Positions 39,120 to 52,469 of a stretch of DNA of 64,000 bases are shown here, piece by piece. The position numbers and the translations under genes were made by a program. Source of the stretch: Mobula birostris (Eukaryota); assembly GCF_030028105.1 (NCBI RefSeq), contig NC_092380.1, forward strand, positions 81,217,717 to 81,281,716, in the 5' to 3' direction. Below the pieces are notes generated by a model that was not told the origin of the DNA, made no database searches, and was given only the letters and a program-made list of their open reading frames with translations. Position 1 is the first letter of the stretch. Each line of letters begins with the position of its first letter.

Positions 39120-40129
39120 TAAAGCATTATTAATTGTTTCTTTCGAACACGTCAATAAAAGAAGCCACTGTCTGCTCAAGAGACCAGCAATAACAATAGT
39201 TTGGTTAAATACATTTCAGAATGAAAATTCAAAAAAAATTCAATATTCATAATTCTATAAATGTCAGTGATGCACTTTCTACTTATTTACACATTGCTTC
39301 CTGTAGCAAATTTTAGTGCAGCTTAACTGACTAAAACTCTCATTTAAAGTTGAGGCATTGGTTGTCACAGTCCATTAATATGCCAGTGAAGTGTTAAGAG
39401 AAATGAGGTGAGGTATGATCAATTACAAGGCAGAAGCACTGTTGTGTAGAAGCAACTTTACTTGGTTAGGGGACACAGGTTATGGTAGATTGGAGAAGAT
39501 GATTGCTTTTTGATAAAGCTGCTTCCCTGGTGATTTAATAATTAACTTAATTGTCCGGTCCGCAGCTAAACCACACAGACCTACAAGATTCCAAGGCCTA
39601 CCCTGTGCTGACATTGCTGATTTCAGTGACATGGTGCAGAGATGTGGACAATGCTTAGCCCTAGTCCAGCCTCCCAACATATATATGGATGGGAGGTGAC
39701 CTCATTGTCACAAATAAAATTCAATCCGATAGATGCAAGAAGAACTATTCCTCTAGCTGAGGAGTCTAGTGCAAGGAATTGCAATGTGAAGTTCGTCATT
39801 CAGAGATGGTAAATCGTTGGAATTTTCTATCCCAGAAGACACTGGAGGCTTAGTCATTGATTTAATTAAAGCTGAGATCAATAATAGAGACAGAGTAAAT
39901 ACGGCACGGGAACTGGCCCCTCTGCCCAGTGTGTCCATGGTAACCGTCAGATAACCTCAACACTAGTTCCATATTTTCCTCTGAATCTCCGGCAAACCTC
40001 GCCTCCAACACTGGTACAGATAATTCTGCTACCCACCTACACTGGAAGCAATTTACAGTAGCCAATTAACCTACCGCAGCACTTGTAGGACGAAATTGGA
40101 ACGCAGCCATGTTTTTCTGAAAGTGACTG

Positions 40130-40740
40130 CACACATTGATAAGGTTGTGATGAAGGCATGTCTTTATTAGTGGGCATTGAGTACAGCAGTTTAAGATTTA
40201 CAAAACTCTGATAAGGCTGCATCTGGAGTATTGCATTCAGTCCTGGTCACTTCTTTGTAGGAAAGATGCGGAAGCTTTGCAGAGGGTGTAGATGAGGCTT
40301 ACTGGGGTGCTAACTAGATTAGAGGGCATGTCCTATAAGAAGAGGTTGAACAAACGTGTTGATTTCCCTGGAACAGTAGAGGCTGAAGAGAGGTCAGATA
40401 GAAGTTTGTACAATAATGAGAGATATAGATAGAGAGCCAGTATCTTTTTTTTGCAGTCCAAATGTCTAATACTAGAGAGCAGGCAAGTCCACAGGAAAAA
40501 TGTGGGACAAGTTTTTACACAGAGTGGTGGGTGCCTGGACTATGTTCTGCCAGGGTTAGTCATGGAGGCAAATACAACTGAGGTGTCTGAGCCTTTTAGA
40601 TAGGTGCATGAATGTGCAGAAAATGGTAGGATATGGACATTGTGGTGGCAGAAGGGGTTAATTTAGTTAAGTATTTAATTACGAATTCAATCATTTCAGC
40701 ACAACATGGTGGGCCAAAGGGCCTGCGTCTGTCTATGTTT
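40130..40740 (+). mobile_element. CR1 LINE 3' end, decayed
   Basis: YKTLIRLHLEYCIQSWS...FYTESGGCL motifs and 3' GGGCCAAAGGGCC hairpin. Confidence 0.8.
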
Positions 40741-40744
40741 TGGG

Positions 40745-40870
40745 TACTTGGGGAAGCCTACATGGTCACAGGGGAGAATGTGGAAACTCTACATAGACAG
40801 CTCCCAAAGTCAGGGTTGATCCAAGATCTCTGGAGGTGTGAGACAGCAATAGCAACTGCTACACCACTGA
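40745..40870 (-). mobile_element. V-SINE fragment
   Basis: CACAGGGGAGAATGTGGAAACTCTACATAGACAG is the reverse complement of the V-domain-like core. Confidence 0.65.
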
Positions 40871-43800
40871 ATGGCCTGTGAGCCAAGTTTCAATCTCCCT
40901 TAGAAAGGCAATGATTTTGCTGATTATAATTTATTCAAATTCAAATTTAAAGAATTCATGCTCTCTTTTCACTCATTGAGGGATCAAGGACAAATGATAC
41001 TGAGTTAGAAGACCAAACATGATTACATTGAATGATGGAGTAGGGCTGAAGGGCCAAATGGCTTAATCTTGCTTCTGTTTCTTCTGTTCTTATGCCCCAT
41101 CCAATGTTACACGGCACCATTCCAACTAAACAAGGGCATTCTGATTGAATGGTAGATGTCTCATGTGTTGTACCTTGCTGAGGTTTGAGTATGTTTCTCT
41201 TGGTATCCAGGGCATATACGGCCTACTCTTCTGAATCTTCTTACCATTCAAGCCTGTGCTGCTCTGCACGACCTTTACTTTTTGACCCATTACGCTGCAT
41301 TCTCAGACAAACGTTTACTTATGAAACCACATCTGGGAGAAACTACATTTTTCAGAGTGTTTTAAGTCAGGTTAAAAGTGGTCCAACAACAGGTAGAACT
41401 AAATGATCCAACAACCTATGCGTCAGATGAAAGCTTTGCATTTTTGCTGCATCCGTCCTTGATAGATGGTAAACAGAAACACACAGCCCACAACATAGAA
41501 TGTACTATAGTCATTGAAGCTAGGCAATACAGAACAGTATAAAGGACAACCACACCTCATCCAAGCTATTCTTGTCCAATTACAGATACAAACATTTAGG
41601 AGGCAACACAGAAAATTGCCCTGATGCATCCTGAAAAGAAAAAAAAGAGCAAATCCAATCTACCTAATTACTAAGCTATTATTCTACATTCAGTCGTAAG
41701 CACAGTGAAGGAAGGTGCTGTCATCAGAGCAATGAAAACATCTCCCTTTCATTTAATTTAATAGAGTTGCCATCTAAGTTTTAACCAATCTTCAACACCG
41801 AAATCTGGTGTTCCCTTTTTCCCTTGTAAATATTGATCCTAAATACTTCACGCATCCTTGTCAATTTTCGTTTTCTGTTCCATTTCAACAAAAAGAAACC
41901 AGATTTGTTTCTTTTTCTTTCTGTGTGTATTTCATGGCTACCTGGAGAAAACAAATATCAGAGTTGTATTGTACATGTATTTGACAATAAAATGAACCTT
42001 TGAACCTTTGATTTTGCAATTAACAATTCATTTTAACTGACCAATGCTCACCACTTCACTATTCATTTTAATATTTACTGAAACTCTCTCCAAAATCTCC
42101 CTCAATATTCTCCTTAATTTTCTTTTAGCTTTCTTTATTTGCCTCTTATTCTTATCCTGGATTACTATTGGATATCCAAACCCAACATTTTCAAATCGGA
42201 GAAAAAACAGTTAATGTGATTTTGATATTGCTGTAGTTACTTGCCTATTTAATGTATTATAAACATGCTGTGCTTCTTCTCATCAATGGATAATAGAAGT
42301 TTAAGTGTTTATCTAGATATATTTTTAGTTTTTATCCTCAAATTCAGTATTTTATGGAAAGCTTCATCTTCCCTTTGTACTGTATAGGGTAGTTAACATT
42401 ATTGGTTCCCACAATTTCCAGTTCATAACTTGTGAATTACATGTGATGTAATATCTGTTTTTTTTGTAATTCATGACATACATTCTGAAACATAGTACTG
42501 TCTTTTAAAATTATTTTTAGGGTGCATGCACCTGAACTGTACAGGATAACTTTGTACATAATTGCAGCAGAAATTATTCCAAAGTTAAATTTAACATGCA
42601 ATCAATTAAAACATCAAAAATCATTAACAATCTTGAACAAAGCATGCTGCAGGACCAGGATATCGATGATGTTTGAGGGGTGGCTTTGTGGTGCAACGAG
42701 AAGAGTGAATAATAGCTTTCAACTTGGAATAACTGAGGGCTAAGATTGCCAAGTGTCATCGCTGAAAGCCACAAAGAATGATATTTTCATTCCTCAGGAC
42801 TGTGTTTCTTTCAGCACCATTTATGTAATGGTCAAAAGATCATGAAATGCTGCACTGTAATATGAATAGAAGAAATTAAAACTGATGGTAGGAAGATAAC
42901 GAAATCTCAGCTTTGTATTGTGGCTGCAGTAGCATGTTGTTTCCATGATTATTCATTTTTGATATTCTGGATAATACATAAAAGTTTGTACTGCAAGTTG
43001 AGCAGAAGTGCTTTCATTATTTTTGTAGTTTTTGCCATTTAAGTTTAACTAGTCCCATAATCTCCTTTTGTATTCTGCCCACATGTGAGGTGAAGCCAAA
43101 GCCGAGTGATTAGCAACAATCCAGGGGTGATGCTGAGAATTTTATTTACAAAGAATGTAGTTCTAATCTGGAATACACTGTGTGAAGATATGGCCAGTAC
43201 ATAGTCAATTGTTGTTTTCAAAAGGAAATGTCGTATATGTTTGAAGGTAAATATTTACATGGTTATGGGTCGAGTAGCAGGAGTGGGTGGTTTTCTCACT
43301 AAAAAATCTGGTTAAGACTCGGGCTTCCCTTTGTCCTGTACAGTAACAATTCTTGGATTTATTTAATCTCGTTTACTTTTACGTTGCTGGACATTGTGTT
43401 CATAATGTAGAATACAGCCTTGTTCCACCTATATTCCTTAAGAGATTCTGAATCTGAGTCAGGCATTGGATTTAAAAATTGTTGTTTGAAAAAGAAAGCT
43501 ACAGCTCTTTTTTTTTCTTAATGTCATGCTGTCAAAACTATCAAGAATTTTTCAATTTGTGCTGATATGCTACTGTATAATTCCTCCATTGTCTCAAACT
43601 GCTGAGGACTCAATATGCTCTTTGAAGCTGCTTTTAATTTTGAACATTGAAAAATAGTTTTTTATAGTCGCTTTAAGCATAGAGAAGCTGTAGACTTGCC
43701 CATTAAGTTAACCAAGAAAGCAAATATCCTGAGTCAACATGTCTGGGAACCTGAATGCATTTCCTCTGAAGAACATCAAGAATAGGCTTAAACCCAGAGC

Positions 43801-45193
43801 CTGATGGTGGTGCAAGGTCCATGCTGACTAAAGCAGCTTTTCAAGCGTGACTTCTGTATTCCAGCAGAGTTCTTTTTGTACTTCATGAAAACGTCTTTAT
43901 GCTTCCACATAAAATTACCATAATATATTAATTCATCTAAGTAATCTTCACCAAAGTGTTGAAAATCTCATGAAAACCTTGTTTTCATTATTTTTTTGCA
44001 TTTGCCATCGCAGGGAATCTCCTAAAATCAAAATAAAACTTAAAAGTTGGTCCTTCTGTTAGGCCATGTAATTTTCTTTGAAATTCTGAGAGCTGCTTTA
44101 TGATGGTTTTCTACTTTAAAGCTGCTGCAGGAAAGTGAAGTTGGGTATCAGAAACAGAATACACTTAAAACATCAAAATAAGCTTCGATTTACATGTGAG
44201 TTATTAATCTGATATTTCTCTTGAAAGAAAACAGCACTTAATATTTCAGGCCAATGACTTTCTGTTCGAGCTAGGGTAGATTAAATGCCCTTAATCTAGT
44301 GAAGATTGGGGATAAGAAGCAGATGGGGAAGAAGACTGGAGTTACAAAATGGACATGGATGGGTAAAGGACTAGTTGCAGCAGAGTCAGAATTAAAACCG
44401 GAAGACTGGACTGAAGCTGTAATTGGAAAATGGTGAAAAGTAAAAGTGGGCAATACCAGGGCTCCAATAATGATCTGACTTGGAAGTCCATCCTTCCATC
44501 CTCAGAAAGCTGGCAATTGTGTAAACCAATATTAGAAAGTGGGGCACGCTCAGTAATGATTTCATAAAAACTTGGTTAGGTTTTTGGCCACAGAACTGGG
44601 CTGCATCATATTGGAAACATATTGTGATTTTAGTGAGAGCACAAGATGATGATTGCTCCGTACCTGGTTTGAAAAGTTATGAAGAGATGCCTGAAAAATT
44701 GAACCATTTTTCTTTGAAATATTATATGTGACTAAAATCTACACAAAACCCACTAAGATGATTGGGGATGATAGGGACCTGGTGATGAAAGGGAAAAACA
44801 AGTTACATTTTAGAAATATTTTTGTTTAATGCATTTGAATGATAAGCTAGAGAAAGGACGATTAAAACGGGTGGGTAGGAATATAGAGTTGAAGTTGTAA
44901 CCTATGATCAGCCATAAGTTTATTTAATGTGAGATGAGTTCAATGGGTCAGTGACCTATTCCTACTCAAACTCTCATGTTTGAGGCAGAATGGACTATTT
45001 TGAAAAGGTGAGCAATTTAGAATGAGGAGAGTAAATGAAAAGGATATGAAAAGAGAGCGGAGACCTCTCTACCCAGACTGGTTAACTATTGTCCTAAGCT
45101 CTCAGCAGAAAACTACCAAGGAGGCACAAGAGAATACAGATGCTGGAATTTGGAACAATGCACTAAAAGCTGGAGAAACTCAGAGAAATAGAC

Positions 45194-45923
45194 CAACGGT
45201 CCCCAACCACCGGGCCGCAAAGCATGCGCTACCGGGCCGAGAGGAATGATATGAGTCAGCTGCACCTTTCCTCATTCCCTGTCACGCACTGTTGAACTTG
45301 AACATAGGGTTGCCAACTGTCCCGTATTGCCGGGACATTGGTTTGTCCCATACGGGACCGCCCTTGTCCTGTATTTCTCCCGCTAAGGTAGAGCGTACCT
45401 ATGAAACCTTTCATGCTGAAATGGGGTAAAGCGCAGAAGCAATTACCATTAATTTATATGGGAAAAATTTTTGACCGTTCCCAGACCCAAAAAATAATCT
45501 ACCAAATCATAACAAATAACACATTAAACCTAAAATAAAACTAAGATAGAGTTAAAGCAAGAATGATTTGATAAATACACAGCCTATATAAAGTAGAAAT
45601 AATGTATGTACAGTGTAGCCGGGAAGATTAAGTCAAAACCAATTTGTGGAAAAAAAATCGGCACGTACACGCATGCGCACACAAGTGCCCGCACAAGGCT
45701 TCATGGTCATGGTAGTCTTTCTCAGGGTAAACACTGTCCCGTATTTGACTGCTACTTTTGTTCCTTATTTGGGAGTAAGAATGTTGGCAACCTTAACTGT
45801 AAAAGACATGTTGAGGTGAGTTTAACCCTACTTGAACACCCCCCCCCCCACCGGTCGGCTAGTCTGCAAGAATATTGTCAATATTAAACCGGTATGCGGT
45901 GCAGAAAAGGTTGGGGACCCCTG
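45194..45923. mobile_element. hAT-type MITE, 730 bp, containing a nested TIR pair
   Basis: TIR CAACGGTCCCCAACC / GGTTGGGGACCCCTG; 8-bp TSD AAATAGAC/AAATAGAA; inner TAGGGTTGCCAAC (45305) ... GTTGGCAACCTTA (45795). Confidence 0.88.
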
Positions 45924-46457
45924 AAATAGAAAATCAATATTTTGGGTTGAGACCCTTCATCTAGACTGAAGGGTCACTGGAATGAAGAATAGATGAAAGG
46001 TCTCAACACAAACATTGACTGTATATTTTCCTCCTGAACAGCTTATTATGTGCCACTCAGGAAACTATTAAGATTGGATAAGCTCCCTATTTTACACCAT
46101 TTTCAAATTGTCGTCCTATTGAAGCCAAGTCAGGTGGTATATTAAACAGCAGTCAGTCTAATCCCATCCTGAGAATTCTGTAAGAATTCCATCAAAAAGT
46201 TGTAAACTTGTTGATTTCACAAATAGTAAAGGTGCAGTAAAAATCAACATGGGCAGATGGAATGAAGGAATATAGAGGCAGAAAAAATAAAGATACATTT
46301 TGTGGACTGTTTAGTGATATGAATACTGCTGTGCTCTGATTGAAACAAATGGACTGTTTCCATTGCATAATGTTGCAAAAAGATACACCACAAATCAGAA
46401 ATAAGAACTTCAATATGTTCTTGTTTCTGGCTAATATAATTACATGCTATAACTTGT

Positions 46458-49400
46458 TAGAAACCATAGAACCCATAGAAAAACTACAGCGCAGAAACAG
46501 GCCTTTTAGCCCTTCTTGGCTGTGCCGAACCATTTTCTGCCTAGTCCCACTGACCTGCACACGGACCATGTATCTCCGTATACTTCCCATCCATGTACCT
46601 GTCCAATTTATTCTTAAATGTTAAAAAAGAACCTGCATTTACCACCTCATCTGGAAGCTCATTCCACACTCCCACCATTCTCTGTCTGAAGAAGCCCCCC
46701 CAATGTTCCCTTTAAACTTTTCCCCCTCACCCTTAACCTATGTCCTCTGTTTTTTTTTCTCCCCTTGCCTCAGTGGAAAAAGCCTGCTTGCATTCACTCT
46801 ATCTATACCCATCATAATTTTATATACCTCTATCAAATCTCCCCTCATTCTTCTACGCTCCAGGGAATAAAGTCCTAACCTGTTCAACCTTCCTTTGTAA
46901 CTGAGTTTCTCAAGTCCCAGCACCATCCTTGTAAACCTTCTCTGCACTCTTTCAACCTTATTAATATCCTTCCTGTAATTTGGTGACCAAAACTGAACAC
47001 AATACTTCAGATTTGGCCTCACCAATGCCTTATACAACCTCATCATAACATTCCAGCTCTTATACTCAATACTTTGAGTAATAAAGGCCAATGTAACAAA
47101 AGCTCTCTTTACCACCCTATCTACCTGTGGTGCCACTTTTAGGGAATTTTGTATCTGTATTCCCAGATCCCTCTGTTCTACTGCACTCCTCAGTGCCTTA
47201 CCATTTACCCTGTATGTTCTACCTTGGTTTGTCCTTCCAAAGTGCAATACCTCACACTTGTCTGTATTAAACTTCATCTACCATTTTTCAGCCCATTTTT
47301 TCCAGCTGATCCAAGTCCCTCTGCAAGCTTTGAAAACCTTCCTCACTGTCCACTACACCTCCACTATTTGTATCATCAGCAAATTTGCTGATCCAATTTA
47401 CCACAGTATCATCCAGATCATTGATATAGATGACAAATAACAATGGACCCAGCACTGATCCCTGTGGCACACCACTAGCCACAGGCCTCCACTTGGAGAA
47501 GCAATTCTCTACTACCACTCTTTGGCTTCTTCCATTGAGCCAATGTCTAATCCAATTTACCACCTCTCCATGTATGCCTAGCGACTGCATTTTCCTAACT
47601 AACTTCCCATGCGGGACCTTGTCAAAGGCCTTACTGAAGTCCATGTAGACAATATCCACTGCCTTCCCTTCATCCACTTTCCTGGTAACCTCCTCGAAAA
47701 ACTCCAATAGATTGGTCGAACATGACCTACCACGCACAAAGCCATGTTAACTCTCCCTAATAAGTCCCTGTCTATCCAAATGCTTATAGATTCTGTCTCT
47801 TAGTACTCCCTCCAATAACTTACGCACTACCGACGTCAAATTTACCTGCCTATAATTTCCCGGATTACTTTTCAATCCTTTTTTAAACAACGGAACAACA
47901 TGAGCCATTCTCCAATCCTCTGGCACCTCACCCGTAGACACCGACATTTTAAATATATCTGCCAGGGCCCCTGCAATTTCAACACTAATCTCCTTCAAGG
48001 TCCGAGGGAATACCCTGTCAGGTCCCGGGGATTTATCCACTTTAATTTGCCTCAAGATAGCAAGCACCTCCTCCTTTTCAATCTGTACAGTTTCCATGAT
48101 CTCACTACTTGTTTCCCTTAATTCTGTAGACTTCATGACAGTTTCCTTAGTAAATACAGACGCAAAAAAGCCACTTAAGATCTCCCCCATTTCTTTTGGT
48201 TCCGCACATAGCTGACCACTCTGATCTTCAAGAGGACCAATTTTATCCCTTCCAATCCTTTTACTCTTAATATACCTGTAAAAGCTCTTTGGATTATCCT
48301 TCACTTTGACTGCCAAGGCAACCTCATGTCTTCTTCTAGCCCTCCTGATTTCCTTCTTAAGTATTTTCTTGCACTTTTTATACTCCTCAAGCACCTTATT
48401 TACTCCCTGTTTCCTATACATGTCATACAACTCTCTCTTCTTCTTTATCAGAGTTGCAATATCCCTTGAGAACCAAGGTTCCTTATTCCTATTCACTTTG
48501 CCTTTAATCCTGACAGGAACATACAAGCTCTGCTCTCTCAAAATTTCTTCCTTGAAGTCTTCCCACTTACCGATCACATCTTCGCCAGAGAACAACCTGT
48601 CCCAATCCACACAATTTAGATCCTTTCTCATTTCTTCATGTACGGGGTCTTCCTTTTGTTACATTTAAAATGGTGATTTTGTTATGTTAATCTGTGGAAT
48701 GCGGCTTTGTTGTGTTTTAACGCTGCAGAGAGTTTGCGCTAGCAGCTTGTTGTGGTTTAGAGGGTGATAAGAGGGTGCTATTAGCCAATGGGTGGTTATG
48801 TATCGTTTTGTTTTCGGATGCCATGCTGTATGATATGACTGTGGACTGAGTTTTGGCGGGGAGTCGGGAGGAGAGACGAGGAGGATGGTGGACGTGCGGA
48901 GAGGCTCCGGTCGATCACTTCGGGTGGTCCCGAGCCGTGGGTCGACGGAATTCGGGTGGTCGTCTGATGTCGAATTTGAGCTCCAACGGTAGCGCGCGAA
49001 GAACTTGGACTTTGATAAGTGTTGGCGCCTTTTTTTTTCCCCATTACTTTCCTCTCTGTATCAAATGTATATTAATGCCCTAGATTTAGTAATATCTATA
49101 AAGTGTATGTGTTAAAATTTACTGGGTGTGCTGGCTGATGATTGATGTTTGTGATTGATTCGGGCGACGATTGACCCTGAGGGGACGGTTGAAGCAGGTG
49201 CTGGGCGGGATTTCCCCTAGACATTCACGAGCCAATATAACGGAACGTTACATTCAAATTTGGCCTTCTTCCAGTTCAGAACCTCAACCCTAGGACCAGA
49301 TCTATCCTTGTCCATGATTGTTGAAACTAATGGTGTTATGTATCAAAGTGCTTCCCTACACACACTTCCGTCACTTGTCCTAATTTGTTTCCTAATGGGA

Positions 49401-50056
49401 GATTTAATATTGCATCCCCTCTAGTTGGTACCTCCATATATTGATTTAGAAACTTTCCTGAAGACATTTTACAAACTCGAGCCCATCTAGACCCCTAACA
49501 GTATGGGAGTCCCAATCAATATGTGGAAAATTAAAATCCCCTACCACCACAATTTTATGTTTCCTGCAGTTGCCTGCTATCTCTCTACAGATTTGCTCCT
49601 CCAATTCTCACTGACTATTGGGTGGTCTATAATACAACCCCACTAATGTGGCCATACCTTTCCTGTTTCTCAGCTCCACCCATAAGGACTCAGTAGACAA
49701 GCCCTCTACTCTGTCCTGCCTGAGCACCGCTGTAACATTTTCCCTGACAAGCAATGCTACCCCGCCCCCCCCCCCCACCTTTCATTCCTCTGCCTTGATC
49801 ACATCTGAAACATTGGAACCCTGGAATATTAAGCTGCCAGTCCTGCCCCTCCTGTAGCCAAGTTTCACTAATTGCTATAACATCATAATCCCACGTGTCA
49901 ATCTACGCCCTCAACTTGTCTGCCTTCCCCGCAATACTCCTAGCATTGAAATATATACACCTCAGAAGATTTTTACCACCACTCACAACCTTTCTATTTT
50001 TGGCTTTGCTTGAACTTTTAACATCATTTATTTTCACCCGAGCCACACTGTCAGTT
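46458..50056 (-). mobile_element. CR1 LINE with nearly complete ORF2 (APE endonuclease and RT), disabled
   Basis: CIYFNARSI (APE start, ~49950); RT YMDFSKAFDKVPH...GVPQGSVLGP...KFADDT; C-terminal LYKALVRPNLKYCVQFWSP; (TTCTATGGT)n tail at 46458. Lesions include an in-frame TAA at 47747, a frameshift near 47290 and an LTR insertion at 48639. Confidence 0.97.
48639..49252. mobile_element. Solo LTR, 614 bp, inserted in CR1 ORF2
   Basis: TGTACGG...CGTTACA with a perfect 4-bp TSD TTCA; removing it restores the CR1 frame EVLNWKKAKFEEMRKDL. Confidence 0.92.
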
Positions 50057-52469
50057 CTGTTGTGTAGGAAAATACAAAAGGAATTTGAAGTGGAGAGAAT
50101 CCCTTGAATAGTCCATACAGAAACTAATGTGAAAGTAAAACAAAACTCTTCCACTTTAGTCACTTCTACCCTGCCCTGCAGCTTTTCATTCCACTTTGCG
50201 TCCTAAATACATTAAAGCTCATTAGATGTGTCACTGCTCTCTGTCTTATCTATCCACAGTAACTGTAGTTTCTGCATTGATATAAAACTGTGTAAAAAAA
50301 TCTAAATTTCTTAATTTATTGATAACAACTATATTCTGTTTTGCAAGCTACCTCTAAATTTATCCTGCACCCTAACTTTGAACGTAGTCAGGAGCTTCCT
50401 CTTGTGGCATCTTCAGAGGTTCATGCGCATTAAATCCATTGCCTTGCTTTTTTTGTTACATCATCCAATAGATTAAATAAAATTGGATACTTTAGAATGT
50501 ATAAGGTAGAGTTTCTAAATATCTTTGGAATATAATTGTCAGTTATTTAGCACCTAATATAAATGAAATATCATTCTGCATCTTTTTTGCATATACATTA
50601 ATGATGAGATGACTGCAATCCACTCTTAACACATCTTTTTTTTCCCTCAAAAAGACTTTCAGCTTATTAGATGCATATTTAAGTACCTCAATTACATTGG
50701 TAATGCTTTGCAGGCATGGCTTTGCTAATGTTCGCTGATGTTGAAGTTGGAGGTTGTTTGCATTGCAATACATCACCTTGTCATGCCTGAGCATGGCCAT
50801 TGTATTTATTGAATTAAGTTCATTATAAAAATTGCTCTGACCATTGTGTTTTTAGGATTGGTCTCGACCGAAGGAAAAATTGACTTTGTTTGCTTCTGGA
50901 GTTGAATATGTGCATTTCAGTGGACTGGGCTGTGCAAAAATAAGAAATGATTACAAGAATTAGCAAGTAGTTACTCTAATTTTTTTTACTTTTCATTTAT
51001 TTCATTTTTCATGATGTCTTATTTAAACTGGTAAAGATCTGCTACTAATTATATTAAAATAGAATAGAACACAACTGTAACCTTTATAATATACCAACTG
51101 AATAGCATAGTTCCAGCTCAGTTCAAATATAGAATAGATGCTGATATTTTGTATTGAACATTATCTTTAATTCATTAAAGCTAAATCAAGGGTGAGCAAA
51201 ACTGCAATATCCAATTTGGAAGCCTCAGAGGCAATTTTAGAAACCAAATTTTTGGAAAGTGATAGCCTTAGAGGGTATTTGGTGAGATGATCTTGACTCA
51301 AAATATCAATTCCTTTTCCTCCACAGATACTGTTCAACCTCCTAAATTTCTCCAGCTATTTGTTGTTTTTTAGCTGCAGAGGATATTTATCTGAATATTA
51401 TTAGGGTTGAGAACTTGAGTAGCGAGAAGATGGAACAGTTAGGATAACGATAGAGACGGTTAAAAGCAGAAGAAATAGAGATTTCCGAGATGATAGATTT
51501 TCATGGAGAAATATTATTTCCTCCACTGAGTCAATCAATCACCACAAGTCACAGATTTAAAGACAGTTGTGAAAAATGTAGTTTTTTTTATTCCAGTTAG
51601 AGCTAAAAGGTGACAAGGTACTTGATTTGAACAGGTACATGGTGTACAGACAGAAAAGTCGTGTGCAGTACTGGATGTCTCTGTTCTTTCAAGAAGCCAG
51701 TTGTCTTGTTTGTAGAATCTCTCCTTAAAAGAACCTGGTTATAATTTGAAGTAAATTAGTAAGAAACATAAAAATGCTCTGTAAAAGCTTCCATAGATAG
51801 ATTAAAAAGAAAAGAATAGCAAAATTTCCTATGGGTTCTTTGTAGACAAGAATAGGAGAAATTATATTGTGGAATAAGGAAATAGAAGAGAAAGTAAATT
51901 TTTATATTTCTTCATGAAATGTGGCACAAAATGTCCCAGAAATAGTGGGAAACAACAGTAAGAGTGTGCCTGAAGAGCTGAAGCAAGTAGCTTTAGTGAA
52001 AAAGCAGCTTTCATATAAGAGGACAGATATTCAGGACTGAGACATGAAGGAATTTTTTCACCTAATGGATTAAAAATCTTTGGAATTCTTGAAGTAAGAG
52101 AACTGTGTAGATTCTGTTGTTGGGTATATTCAGAATGGATATTAATTGAGAAATGTATGATTAGTACAGGAAAGTTTAACATACATGAGACCGGTAGAAC
52201 AGGTGTAGGGGGACAAATAGTCAACTCGAACTCGAACTCAAAATTTTATTGTCTTATAACACAAGAACATAAGAAAATTGGAACAGGGTAAGCTATCAGG
52301 CCCTTCAAATATCTGCTGTGGATCCCAGCATTTTCCCAGTTCTCTTGTATACTACTAGTTAATGCCACTTCGGACATCCTGCATTTCAATTGTCAAGTAA
52401 CCTTTACCTCCTTCGCTAATTGTGGATTGTGCTTCTTCTCATGAAGTCCTCCTTTTTATTGGGATGAAC

